Shown here in pieces: positions 26,645 to 39,599 of a stretch of DNA of 64,000 nt (its first letter is position 1; each line of letters begins with the position of its first letter). Under the pieces are notes generated by a model. That model made no database searches and had not been told where the DNA came from. It worked only from the letters and a program-made list of their open reading frames with translations. A program made the translations under genes and the position numbers. The DNA is from Lama glama (taxonomy: Eukaryota), in NCBI GenBank assembly GCA_028534125.1, contig CM052818.1, positions 17,982,001 through 18,046,000 on the forward strand. Reading direction: 5' to 3'.

Positions 26645-26675
26645 ACTTACCTAAAATGTGTTGAGAAAGGTTAGG
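26645..26675 (-). other. Candidate recursive splice site (3'SS abutting 5'SS)
   Basis: Minus strand reads CCTAAC CTTTCTCAACACATTTTAG|GTAAGT: branch A at -21, pyrimidine tract, TAG, then consensus donor. Confidence 0.35.
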
Positions 26676-26759
26676 TATTTATAGTATGATGGATTTTCAT
26701 TAAAATAAGATGATTTCTTAAATATGCTTAAAGGATGACTTTAGGCATCTTCTTAAAGA

Positions 26760-29470
26760 TCTTTACCCATCTTCTTTACCCATTCACCTATCAATGGACA
26801 TTTAAGTTGCTTCCATATCTTGGCTATTGTAAACAATGCTGCAGTAAACATTGGAATGCATGTATCTTTTTGAATTAGTGTTTTAATTTTCTTCAGATAA
26901 ATACCCAGAGGTGGAATTGCTGAATCGTATAATAATTCTATTTTAGTGGGGTTTTTTTGAGACTCCTCTATACTGTTTTCCATAACGCCTGCAACAATTT
27001 ACCTTCCCATCAACAGCATATGAGGGTTCCATTTTCTCCACATCCTTGCCAACACTTGTCTTTTGTTGTCTCTTTGATGATAGCCACTTTGACAGGTGTG
27101 AGACAGTATTGCACTGTGGTTTTGATTTTTAATTCCCTAATGATCAGTGATAATGAGCATCTTTTCATGCGTCTGCTGGCTGGCCATCTACATGTCTCCC
27201 TTAGGAAAATGTCTACTCAGATCACACGTACATTTTTTAATTTGGTTGTTTGGCTTTTCTGATATCGAGTTATTTGTGTTCTTTGAATATTTTGAATATT
27301 AACCCTTAACCGTTGTATTATTTGCCAATACCATATCTCATTCAGTAGACTGCCTTTTCATTTTGTTGATAGGTTCCTTTGCTATGCAAAAGCTTTTTAG
27401 TTTGATGTAGCCCCATTTGTTTATTCTGGCTTTTGAGGCCCTTGCCTGAGGAAACAGATCCAAAAAAACATTGCTAAGACAACCCTCAAGGAGTGTACTG
27501 CTTATGTTTTCTTCCAGGAATTTTATGTTTCAGGTCCTACATTTAAGTCTTCAAACCAGTTTAAATTTAATTTTGTAGATGGGAGTATGAAAGTGGTCCA
27601 GGTTCATTCCTTTACATGTGGCTGTCTAGTTTTCCCACACACCCTTTTTGGAAAAGACTGTCACTTCTCCATTGTATATTCTTGTGTCTTTTGTCATAGA
27701 TTAATCGGCCATATGAAGGTGGGTTGTGTTTCTGTGCCAATATCATACTGCTTTAATTATCATAGCTTTATAGTATAGTTTCAAGTCTTGGAGCATGCTA
27801 CCTCTAGTTTTCTTGTTCTTTCTCAAGATTCCTTTGACTATTCAGGATCTTCTGAGGTTCTTTTGAGGTTATAAAAATTTTAGTTTTATTTTTTCCAGTT
27901 CTGTAAAAAAAAAAAAACCCCATTGATATATTGATAGGAATTCCACTGAACTGTAGATTACTTTGGGTAGCATGGACATTTTAATGATACTGATTCTTCC
28001 AAACTGTGAGCAGGGTATATCTTTCAATAAGTCTGAATTGATTCCATAAGGACTACATTTTTACTCCCCCATGACATTTTATGTTTTTGATGTCATATTT
28101 TACATCTTTTTGTGTATCCTTTAACCAGTTATTACAGTTGTAGCTGATTGTACAATTTTTGTCTTTTAACCATCACATTAACTTTTTCAGTGGCTGATCC
28201 AATGCCTTTACTATATATTTGCCTTTACCAGTCTTACTTCTAGTTGTGGCCTTTCTTTCCACAAGAAAAAGACCCTTTAACATTTCTTACAAGCCTGGTT
28301 TAGTGGTGATGAAATCCTTTAGTTTTTGCTTCTCAGGGAAACTTTTGGGGGGGGAAGGTATTGAGGTTTATTTATTTATTCATTTTAATGGAGGTACTAG
28401 GGACTGAACCCAGGACCTTGTGCAAGCTAAGCACACATTCTACCACTAAGCTATATCCTCCCCCCGTCAGGGAAACTATCTCTTCTTCAGAAAGAATGAT
28501 AACCTTGCCATATAGATTATTCCAGGCTGTAAGGGTTTTGTTTGTTTGTTTGTTTTGTCTTATTGTTGATCAGCACTTTCAATATATCGTGACACTGCCT
28601 TCTAGCCTGTAGTTTCGGCTGAAAAATCAGCTGATAGTTTTATATGGTTTCCCTTGTATGTGATTGGTTATTTTTCTCTTGTTGTCTTTAAGATTCTCTC
28701 TTTAACCTTCGTCATTTTAATTTTAATATGTCTTGGTGTGGATCTCTTTGGGTTCACCTTGTTTTAGATTTTCTGTTCTTTTTGGACCTGCATGTTGGCT
28801 TCCTTCCCCAGGTTAAAGAAGATTTTATTCATTATTTTTTCAAATAAATATTCTACCCTTTTCTCTCTTTCCTCCTTCTAGGATTCCTATTATGAAAATG
28901 TTAGTATGCTTGATGTTGTCTCAGATCTGCTAAACTTTCCCCATCTTTTTAAATTCTTTTTTTTTCTCCTTTTTGCTCTTACTCAGTAATTTCCACTATT
29001 CTATCTTCCAGATCACTCATCTGTTTTTCTGGTATCATCTAATCTGCTGTTGATTACCTCATTTATTTTTCATTTCAATTACTGTATTCTTCAGCTCTGA
29101 CTGGTTCCTATGTTTTCTAATTCTTTGCTGAAGTTCTCACTGAGTTCATCCATTCTTTTTCAAGTTTGGTGAGCAACCTTATGACCATTTTATTACAGAT
29201 TTCCATTTCATGAGAGTTTCTTTATCCTGGGATTTATCTTGTTCATTCTTGTGCAACATATTCCTGTCTCTTCATTTTGTTTGACTTTCTGTGTCTGTTT
29301 CCGTGAATTAGGTGAAAGAACTACTGCTCCCAGTCTTAAAGGATAGGCCTTATGTGAGAGCACACCCTGTGGGTTCTGAGCGACTTTGGCAGCCTGGCTG
29401 GTGCTGGAGCAGGAATGGGCCAGGAGCAATCTCAGAGTGCACCACAGCACAGCTGCCTTGGCAGGACAAA
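26760..29470 (-). mobile_element. L1 (ORF2 C-terminal region 26760-28025 joined to 5' ORF2/ORF1/5' sequence 28030-29470), with SINE insertion
   Basis: [22 protein letters not shown]...KDTCIPMFTAALFTIAKIWKQLKCP; ORF1-type antisense text ctgaaaaatcagctgatag and tcttggtgtggatctctttgggttca. Confidence 0.88.
28344..28466 (-). mobile_element. Camelid tRNA-derived SINE (Vic-1-like), full length with 11-bp TSD
   Basis: Reverse complement GGGGAGGATATAGCTTAGTGGTAGAATGTGTGCTTAGCTTGCACAAGGTCCTGGGTTCAGTCCCTAGTACCTCC plus (TAAA)n and C-rich tail; A and B boxes visible; perfect TSD tcagggaaact at 28333-28343 and 28467-28477. Confidence 0.9.
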
Positions 29471-30469
29471 GGCCATTTTACTCAAACATGCTTTTATTTT
29501 TCTCCAATAGTGTATCACTGTGCACCTAACTAGTGCCTGTGCTTTCCCTTTTTTCTCTTTTCAGTCAATGAACTTAGGTGATTTTGTATCACTGTCTATG
29601 ATAGTGATTTCATATTCTTTCACAAATTCAGAATTCTTCCCATCCATTTGGTGTGGCCTTTCTTTCAGAGTAAGATCTATTCAACTCTTAATGTCTTAAC
29701 CTTGCAGCTCTGGCAACACTAATCTGCTCATTTATTTTGTAAACACTTGTGTGGATTCTCCACTTACTGCTTTTCTTTATTCAAAACAGTTTTCCTTATA
29801 AAAATAAACAAACCAACTCTTTCAGCTGGTCATTTCCTCCTCATCACTTCAGTTCAGCTTGTATGAATGCTCAGGTCTCTGTGCTCTCTATTAAACTATT
29901 AGGTTCCCTGATACAGATACACAAAATATCTGTGTATTTTCAGAGCCAATAACAGTATCTAGCACAGAGTAGGGAGCTAGTGTTTTTAATAAAATGTTGC
30001 AGCTCTGAATTCATGCTTCTTTTCTTGAAGGTTATGTTAATTTAATATTTAGCTTTTCCATATGAGTAAAGTAGGTTAATTAATAATCAGAAATGCAGAT
30101 TTTTTAATAAAGATTTTCTTGGGAAAAAAACATTTTTCTCTATCATGTGATTTTTAGGTAGTCTAACTTCTGTTGCATATTTACTTTTCCATGTAAGTAT
30201 TTGATATGTAAGATGAGCTACTTTGCTTGAAGCTCTTAGAGTCTCTGTCTTACTAGAAATTCAAGAATAGAGCATATTTATATGCTTATTAGATAAGGCC
30301 AATATTTCTGTTTTAACTTCACCTGTAGCCAAGAATGGTGCAGTAACTTAACCCAAAATATGGGCATTACTGTTTTCCACATCTTTCATTGTTTGTCTAG
30401 ACATATCCAAGCAACTGTAACATTTTCAAAAAGAAATTAATTGCATTAATTTTAAAACATCTGCAACTT

Positions 30470-32880
30470 AAAAAAATTACTATAAAAGTTTTTAAACATA
30501 TATAATAAAATAGTACAACTCCTGTATAACTGTAGCAGATTCAGCAGCTATCAAGATTTTGCCATATGTGCTTCATTTGTCTTTTTCTTTATTTGTTCTT
30601 TGCTAAAGTATTTTAAAGTAAATTCCAGACTTCATACATTTCACCCATATATTCTTTAGTAGGCATCTATGAGAATATTTTCTTACATAACCACATTGCT
30701 GTTTGCCAATCATAATAAAAGTAATTTCTTGACGTTAATATGCAATTCACACCCATATTTCTACATACAGATGTATATTTAAAATAGTATTTTTTATACT
30801 TGGTTTGTTCCAACTGGGGTGAAAACAATGTTCACACTTTACTTTTGAGTGTCATGTCTCTCAAGACATTTTAATCAAAAGCTGATGCCTCTCTACTTTT
30901 TTTTTTCTTTCATGTTATTAACTTTTCACAGAAGAGGAATCAGTACTCCTACTGATTATATGTATCTGCAATTTAGATGTGTCTGTTGATTTCCTTTTGG
31001 TGTAGCTTAATTTCTCTATTCTTTATACTTCCTGCAAATAAAAGTAAATGACAGAGTTTTGATTAGGCTAAAGTTTACCCTTTTTTTGGTGGGGAGGGTG
31101 TTAAGAAATCTTCAAAAATGGTGTTATGTACTTCATGTTGTCTCATCAAGAGAAAAGCAGTATCTCTGTTTCCCACTTTCAGTAATATTAGGTATGATTT
31201 GGGGATTTAAGTGGTGGTAGACTCATCCCCCTATTATGTTCAGTATCATTTTTTCATCATTTTTTTCATCCATTGATGATTGCCTGAATGAAATTATTTC
31301 ATGAGAGACTGAAAAATGGTATTTCCTAGTTTTATTACTTTTTCTACACAAAGTCTTATCATTCTTTGTATATACATATATATGAAATCCCTTTTCAGCT
31401 TAAGCTATTTGGTTACTAAAAAATACAATTTATAAGCAAAGACAGCATAAATATTTAAAATAGTTTAATCTTTCCTTTCAATTTTCTGATTAAGGGGTTG
31501 ATCCCCTAGTTGCTTCCAACTGTATCCTTGCTGGCTTTGTTTTCTATTTTGTCTTTTCCACCCCCTTTTGTAACATCATTAACACAAAGATTTTTATAAT
31601 ATTCAGTCTTTTACAATCAAATGCATTCATTATTCTTTTTCATGTGCAAATTGTCTCAAATTTGGCCAAGAGATTCCACTTAGGTTTTTTACCCCATAGC
31701 ACTTTGACAGAATCCATTTATCTTTGATAGTTTTCTTGCTTTTCGCTACAACTAGATATTCCAAGGTTACCTTGTATATTTTTCACCCTAGATAGGGAAT
31801 CACTTATTATTCCAAGGAGCTCTGGTTTCTCATGGTATTTAAAGACCACAATCTGGGCACTAGATATGTTCACTGCTATTGAGCAGTTATTACTTCAAGG
31901 AATTACTTAGAAATAAGTATTGGTGAGAAAGAAAAAAAAAGAGTTCATATTTACACTTTCAATTCAAATTTAATACTGTAGTACTTTTATTTGACATTTG
32001 GATTTTATAATTGTATCTTTTTTCTCTTAAACTGAATTTTGTTCTTGATAAAATGGCTTATTTTCATTAATCTATAAAGTAGTTTCAGAATGTTAATCTG
32101 ACTATTCTCAATTAGACTACTGATTAAAATCCACGATTTCTTTGTAGTTCTACTTGTCCTTACAGTATTTTCCACTAAGCCTATTATAGTGAAAATAATG
32201 TATTTTAAAGTTGCTTTAAAAAAGCTAACTCTGTGTGCTTTATTAAAATTTCTTGTTTAATTTTTAAATAGTTTCCTATTTTATTAGGTTTTATTTTAGG
32301 TGTTCAAAACATTTATCAATGCAAAACCATATACCAAGTTTTTTTTTGTTTTTGTTTTTTAATCTCACTTCTTTACTTGTCCCCTCTACCCTACTTCTTC
32401 CTACTCTCTATAGGTAACAATTTTTATTAACTTTGGTGTAAGTTTTAGTGTTACCTTTTGTAAAACTATTCTTATATGGATCTATATAGAACTTCCTTCT
32501 TTCATCAAAGGGAGTGTACTTCACATATACTATTCTATACCTTGCTTTTTCAATTAACAATATGTAATGGAGATCATTCCATAGCTAAACAACAAAATTT
32601 TCATTCTTAAATACTATTGATGGTTTTTCAACGTGCTGATGTGCAATAATTTGTTCAGTCATTGTCTATCTCATGCACATTTGAGTTGTTTCCTGTCTTC
32701 CACTATTAGCACAATGCCAGAATGAAACACTTGTCTTTTCCTACATTTCTCACTGTAACCTGGTATAGCTACTTAGACACAGGATGTCTATGTCAGAAAG
32801 TAAAGGCAGAGATTATCTAAATATTGCCAAACTCCCCTCAAAAGAATTTGAGGTTTTATATTCCCAAGAACAATGTTTTG
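30470..32880 (-). mobile_element. Ancient L1ME/L1MC 3'-region fragments
   Basis: T-rich antisense L1 3' UTR motifs (ttttaaagtaaattccagac, ttccaaggagctctggtttc, ctatacccttgctttt-like, catttgagttgtttcc). Confidence 0.65.
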
Positions 32881-35239
32881 ACAGTATAATGCAAACTGCA
32901 TGATAAGCAATGAACTGAATGGCATGCAGGGACTTGACCTTGCTCCTTCTGTGGAACTTTGTTACTTTTGTTGTAGTAGTATTAAAATTGTACCATTTTC
33001 ATATGGTCTGGGTTTTCTGGTAACTGGTTTCTTGCTTGGCCCAATAGGCAGATTTTAATTCTGAAGTAATTTTCCAGAGACTTGGCTTGAATGGCATTTG
33101 GTTGTTTAAAAAGTTAATGTCCAACAGTTAGTCTTATTTATTTAGTGGTCAATTCAAGTCTCTATTTTCCAGCTTCCATTCCGATGACCGGCTGAGCAAA
33201 AGCTCTTCCTATTACTTCACAAGGTTTTATTGTGGGTCATATGTGATGGATGGTTTTGCCCTCTCTGTTGTTTCTAAGACATTAAACAAAGGTTAATATT
33301 GAATTCCTATTCCTGGAAATAAAACTGTTTATTTTTTCATCACTCTGCTAAGAAGCAAGATTTTATGAATGACCTTAAGCATAAGTATTAATTTCCCTCC
33401 TAGCTTCCTTTTAATTCTAACTTTCAATTTCCCCGGCATCTCTCACTGCGAAAAAAACTACATTCTGAGTCTGACATATTAGAAGCAGAGACAGATCATT
33501 TTGGGGATGCATTTCTTGATAAGGTTTGCAAGGGAAAATACTTTTACAGAAACCAACAGGAAGGCACCCTAGTCAATTAAACCTGATCTCATGCTGCATC
33601 AGAGGGCTTTATTTTTGCTTTGTTTTCTAATATCTCTTTCTGTTGTACCTATTATAAAGAAGAGATGGGAAGCAATCAATGATCATCCTTCTCTCTACAT
33701 AAAACCCTTATCTTGTGGCAAGCATGTTTCTTGAGGCAAAAGACAAAAATCACTGTTTATTTTCAGACAATAAGGCAAAAGTCTTAAGTCTGTTTTACAC
33801 TCACAACCTCATTAGTGAAAGGCAGTAAACCTGAACAGAGAAGAATACACAGGGAGATGCTGGTAAGAAAAACCGGCAGGAGTACAGGATGAGTTGTGAC
33901 CCCATCTCTATTCAAAGACAAAAACCAGGGAGTTTACTATGTTTTTCAAAATTATCTTTGTCACAATTTTGATATTAAGGATTATCCTAGGGAAAAGAAA
34001 GTGATAATTAAAGTATCAATAATAATATGTATCTTTCTTCACTTATCAAATAAACATGGTATTCAAGAATACGAAAGCATGTTTATTTCTTATCCATATG
34101 TGGTTTGTTTTGTATATTTCTTTCAAAAAAATTGACCATGTGCCCTTTTGAAGAATAAATGACTCATTGATGTTAGCCTCTGTTAAGCAACAGGACAGTT
34201 TGTTTCATTAAATGAAATAAAAATATTAATAACTATCAAAGAAAAAAGCTAACCATCGAGGATGAAAATCAGACAGAACATTATTTAACAACACACAATA
34301 TTATATATGAAAAGGCAATTTGAAAGCAATGTTTAGGAGTTAATTTTTGAATAGATTCATCAGTAATTTCTTGGGATGTGCCCTTTTCTAGTTCAGCTTG
34401 ATATTTTACACTTTGCATATAGAATCTGTTTAGGTATTCCTTGCACATATTAATGCTTTTGTAAATTTATTAGTTGTGAATATATTTTACTTCACTGCTT
34501 AAATTGATGAGACCATTAAATGTGACTTAAACAAACAAGAAAAGCTACAGCCAGTTATGCAACATCTGCCATTTCCCTTTTTGGTCACTGAACACGTGCA
34601 CATGCATCAAAACTCTCTTCCCCAAAAGCAACTTCCTAAGCTTTTGCATTTCCCCATGTCCCCCACCTCCAACTGTATTTGTCAGTTGACCTTGGCATCA
34701 GCACAAGGGCAGGTAACAAAACTATCAGCTGTTAGTATGTTAGTTTAAACCACCTTGCAACACAGAGAGCTGTCACCACATTAAACTACCTAACAGTTTT
34801 CACTACTTCCTCGAATAATTAAATTAGGACCCCACTAGTGAAAACTTGATCTTTGGGATGAGGTGTGAGACAAGTCTAAGTCATAAATACATCCTGTGCT
34901 TTATTTAATCACAAAAGGAAGTCCTTTTGGAAATCAGCTTCTGTAAGTATTCGTCAGTCCACCTCCATGAGAGCCATCTCTAAACTGAGCTTTATAAACA
35001 AGGGCACCAAGATATGTCTCCTGTATGTGAGGATGGTCAGATGTTTGGATCAGCTTGATCCTAATCCACTTAAATATCTGCATTTATAACACAAGGTCAT
35101 CATATGGAAGGTGAGATCATGTTTATAAGAACCAGTTGTGAACTGGAAAGTAGTATGTAAAAGTCAGTTAATATGCAACCAAGAGTACTTTTTTTACTTA
35201 CCAACTTAAAAAACAAAAAACAACTTAGCTTCTAAATAT

Positions 35240-35895
35240 TGAGCTTTGTTCTGGTACACAGTCATGTTACCTAGAAAAGTTTAATCCTTTTTAGGTTTGC
35301 TTCTAATCTCTGATCAGCAGAACAGAGGAGCCCTGAGTCTAGAGCTGATGTGCCCCCACTGCTGAGGTCTCCGCCTGATGCCCTGAGTATTAGTAGGTTT
35401 TGTCACGATGCTGGTGACTATTCCCAGCTCTCTGAAAACTTTAGGAACTGATTCTTCACTCCTTTATAGTAGTTCTTTCCTCAGTCCTGGGTAATTCCTC
35501 ACCTGCTTCTTCTGTCATCACGCACTCAAGGGGATCTCTGTCTCCAGAGCCTTTCTCCGTGCTGCCCTCTCTTCCCCAGTCCTCTGCCCTGTAAATTCTA
35601 GCAGCTTCATCCTCCCTGAACACTCAACCATTTTCTCAACCCTGGGAGACCACCAGGCACTGTTTGGATTCCCTGTTCCTGCTTTGCAACATGGAAACTC
35701 TCTGCAGGCAACGAAAACCAGGTGATTGTAAGGCTCATCTCAACTTTTTCCCTTCTTTCAAAGATCACTCTCTTGTGCAGCCTGTATCCAATGTCTGAAA
35801 AGCACTGTTTCATAAATGTCTGTTTTTTTAAAACTGGTTTAAGATGGTAGGGTAATCCCAGGCCACGTCACTCCATTATGGCCAACAGCAAAAGC
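35240..35895 (-). mobile_element. L1M (L1MC/ME) 5'-region fragment
   Basis: ctagagctgatgtgcccccactgctgagg...cctctgccctgtaaattctagc...ggaaactctctgcaggca...actccattatggccaacagcaaaag. Confidence 0.65.
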
Positions 35896-36739
35896 TGCCC
35901 ATTTTCCATTCATGTTGTATCATAACTACAAATATTTCCCTATCTAGTCAAATTTATCAATCAAAATAAACATTATGGTTTTTCCTTTGGTGTCATAGAT
36001 AGAAATCATCTCTGTCTATAAAATTACATAAATATTCTCCTCCATTTTTCCTAGGGCTTCCATAATTCCATTTTAAAATAGTTTTTAAACCATTAGGAAT
36101 TTTGTTGTGAAGTATGAGGTGGGATGAGATTTTTATATATTTTTTTGGTTACTTAGTTCTTAAACCATTTTTGAATAATTCATTCTTTCCTGTTACAAAA
36201 AAAAATCACTTCTATCATTTATTTTCTACACGTACATTTAGGTCTCTTTCAAGATAGACAATTTTGATTCATTAATGAATTTGTATATTCTGACATTTAC
36301 ATGTAGTATTTATTATTGTAGAATTATAGTATACTTTTAAAGTTTTTGTCTGCACCCTGTTTTTTTTCCCTAAAATAACCCGAACAACTTTTACATTTAT
36401 TTTGTTTCATAAATTTTAGACAACAACCATTTTCCTTTATTTATCAACCATTATTGGATATCCAGCATCAGATAAATACTAGCTACAGAAAACCAAGTTC
36501 TGGAGTTTCATCCTTTTTCTATTCCCTTTATTAAGTTGATTAAGATATATGTTGTGGCTTAGAATGATTTTTGTTTTGGAGAGAAGGAATTCTGTATGTA
36601 TCTGGCAGGCAGCTACAAGTTCTAGAAGTGCAAGATCAGCCTCATGCAACCAGGAACGGAAATGAATCAACATCTGAACAGGAGATATGGTTTCAAATCC
36701 TTGCTTTTAACGTCAGCACCACACTGCCTTCAAGTTTGT

Positions 36740-39560
36740 TTCAGAATGCGATTTTCATTGGGGGGTACTTTCTGAATCCTTAAGTATCTGAGAATTTCTT
36801 TTGTTCTTTTGATATGAGAACAACAACTCGTTTCTATCAAATTCTTGGATCACTACTTTTGTTTACCCCATACTACACCGGTGATCATATATTAATCAAG
36901 TATTAGGAAGGGAAGTCCTAGGACAGCCCAATGTCTTTGTAAGTCAACTTAAAAAAAAGAGCCTGACGGGATGTTTGTTGTAATCTCTCTTTTCTTAATT
37001 TCATAACTTTCTTCTGCAGATATGTCTAAGTAATGCTTTTTATAAAATTTGTTTCTCAAAGAATAAGCCATTTCTCTTAAAGACTTAAACATAAGACAAG
37101 ACACTATAAACCTCTTAGAAGAAAACATAGGCAAAACATTACCTGACAAATCTCAGCAATGTTCTCCTAGGGCAGTCTACCCAAGCAACAGAAATAAAAG
37201 CAAAAATAAAGAAATGGGACCTAATTAAACTTACAAGCTTTTGCACAGCAAAGGAAACCATAAGCAAAACAAAAAGACAACCCACATAATGGGAGGAAAT
37301 ATTTGCAAAAGATGAGACTGACAAAGGCTTAATTTCCAGAATATATAAACAGCTCATACAAATAAGAAAAACAAACACCCCAATTCAAAAATGGGCAGAA
37401 GACCTAAACAAGCAATTCTCCAATGAAGACATACAAATGGCCAATAGGCACATGAAAAAAAATGCTCAATATCACTAATTATCAGAGAAATGCAAATCAA
37501 AACTACAAGAAGGTATCACCTCACATCAGCCAGAACGGCCATCATTCAGAAGTCCACAAACGATAAACGCTGGAGAGGGTGTGGAGAAAAAGGTACCTTC
37601 CTACACTGTTGGTGAGAATGTAGTCTGGTGCAGCCATTATGGAAAACAGTATGGAGATTCCTCAAAAGACTAAAAATAGACTTACCATATGATCTAGCAA
37701 TCCCACTCCTGGGCATATACCCAGAGGGAATCTTAATTCAAAAGGATACATGCACCCCACTGTTCATAGCAGCACTATTTACAACAGCCAAGACATGGAA
37801 ACAGCCTAAATGTCCACTGACAGATGACTGCATAAAGAAGCTGTGGTATATTTATACAAAGAAATACTGCTCAGCCATTAAAAAAATAATAAAATAATGC
37901 CATTTGCAGCAACATGGATGGATCTAGATAATGTCATTCCAAGTGAAGTAAGCCAGAAAGAAAAATACCATATGATATCACTTGTATGTGGAATCTTAAA
38001 AAAAACAAAAAAACCCAAAACAGAAACAGACTCACAGACGTCGAAAACAAACTTACGGTTACTGGTGGGGGGGGTGGGGGTGGGAAATAAACTGGGAGCT
38101 CGAGATTTGCAGATACCACTATATACAAAATAGATAAATAACAAGTTTATACTGAATAGCACAGGGAACTATATTCAATATCTTGCAGTAACTTATGGTG
38201 AAAAAGAATATGAGAACGAATGTTCATGTATGACTGAAGCATTGTGCTATATACCAGAAATTGATATAACATTGTAAATTGACTATACTTCAATAAAAAT
38301 ATATGCATATATAAAAAGAGTAAGTCATTTCTTTTTCTGACTCACAGTTCTATCAGGTACAAATATTTTTCTACTTTCTTTGACTATAGCTCCTATTTCA
38401 TCTATATCATTTTATTTCAATTCATTTAGGCACACTAATTATTCACAGATGGTATTTCTATTTTCTGGTCTCCAAAGTGACCATTCCTTCTCCATTTTCA
38501 GTAATTTAAAGTTTAACTGGCATCCTGGGAGACTATCCCAAGCTTCATATTGTGAGATACATTTCTTGAAGTGGCAATTCTGTGATCTAATGCTACTACT
38601 GTAAATATTAATATTATACATTTTAAAATAAATCCATTACTACAGAATGGTTTACAAAAAATGTAAGTTACCTATCCCAGCACTACACTTCTCAGTCTTA
38701 ATGCTGCTCCCCCAAAGAGCACACATTTTAATAGTTTCTGCTATAGTTCTTTTTATGATTGTAAGTTTCCTCTGCATATTTAAATACACTGAAATCTGTT
38801 TCATAGTGTCTCTTGATTTCCTTCTTGATGAGATGAAGATATTAATGCAGTTGCTTTTTCTTTGCCCATCTCCCCTCCCATTACTTGACCTTCTAAATTC
38901 TGCTATCTGTATTATTATACAGTTAGTGCTGTTAATATTTATACCCCTCTCCACAACTGTAATTAAATCCTCTGTGTTTTGTTCATACACTAATGCTAAA
39001 CGTTGAAAATCATTAAGCATCATCAAATTAGTACCAATGTGGGAGATTCACCGCAGAAACAATGGAAGTTCAATGATAGCGTTTCCCTTCTCACAGAGCC
39101 TTTAGTTTTTGTAAAGTGCCCTCTCAATTTTTTCTACGTAGTACCTTTATTTTGTATCTTTAAATTATTCCAATACCTCAAGCATCCTATTGAAACTGTC
39201 CATGGAATAAGTATTTTTGTTACAGCTACCTCTCTGTCTAAAACTTTGATGTTTCTTTTCCAGTCTGCGCTGGTTCCTCTCTAGAACCCCAGCTGTCTGC
39301 TTTCTGGGGAAGTCTCCATGCTGTGCTCTTAAAGTTAATGCACTGTTTCATGGTTCCTAAACCCTCCATATTTTGTTTTATTTTATTTTTTTTACCAGGG
39401 GAAACTTCAAGAAATTATTTAATATAGGAGTATATAGAAGGTGAATTTCCTGAGTCATTTTATGTCAAAAATGCCTTTATTCTTACTTGATTGAGTTTGG
39501 CTATATATCAAGTTGCAACATAAACACACAGATAAGAATTATTTCCAGTGACTGTAGAAC
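36740..39560 (-). mobile_element. Ancient HAL1/L1M fragments, interrupted by the younger L1 at 37076-38314
   Basis: Decayed antisense LINE-like text on both sides of the TSD-flanked L1 (e.g. ttccagtctgcgctggttcctctctagaacc, ttcctgagtcattttatgtcaaaaatgcctttattct). Confidence 0.45.
37076..38314 (+). mobile_element. Relatively young 5'-truncated camelid/cetartiodactyl L1 with ~18-bp TSD
   Basis: ORF2 C-terminus [31 protein letters not shown]...; 3' UTR gcacagggaactatattcaatatcttg; AATAAA near 38292; TSD aaagaataagccatttct (37058-37075) vs aaagagtaagtcatttct (38315-38332). Confidence 0.95.
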
Positions 39561-39599
39561 ACTGTATTATATTTTCTCGTGAGATAACTTTTATTTTAT

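Noticed and set aside
28390..28466. tRNA-like sequence with A and B boxes
   Set aside because: It is the head of a TSD-flanked SINE, not a tRNA gene.
38647..39026. Two ~120-aa antiparallel ORFs, one hydrophobic
   Set aside because: Lie in T-rich decayed LINE sequence; hydrophobicity follows from base composition; no splice context or homology.
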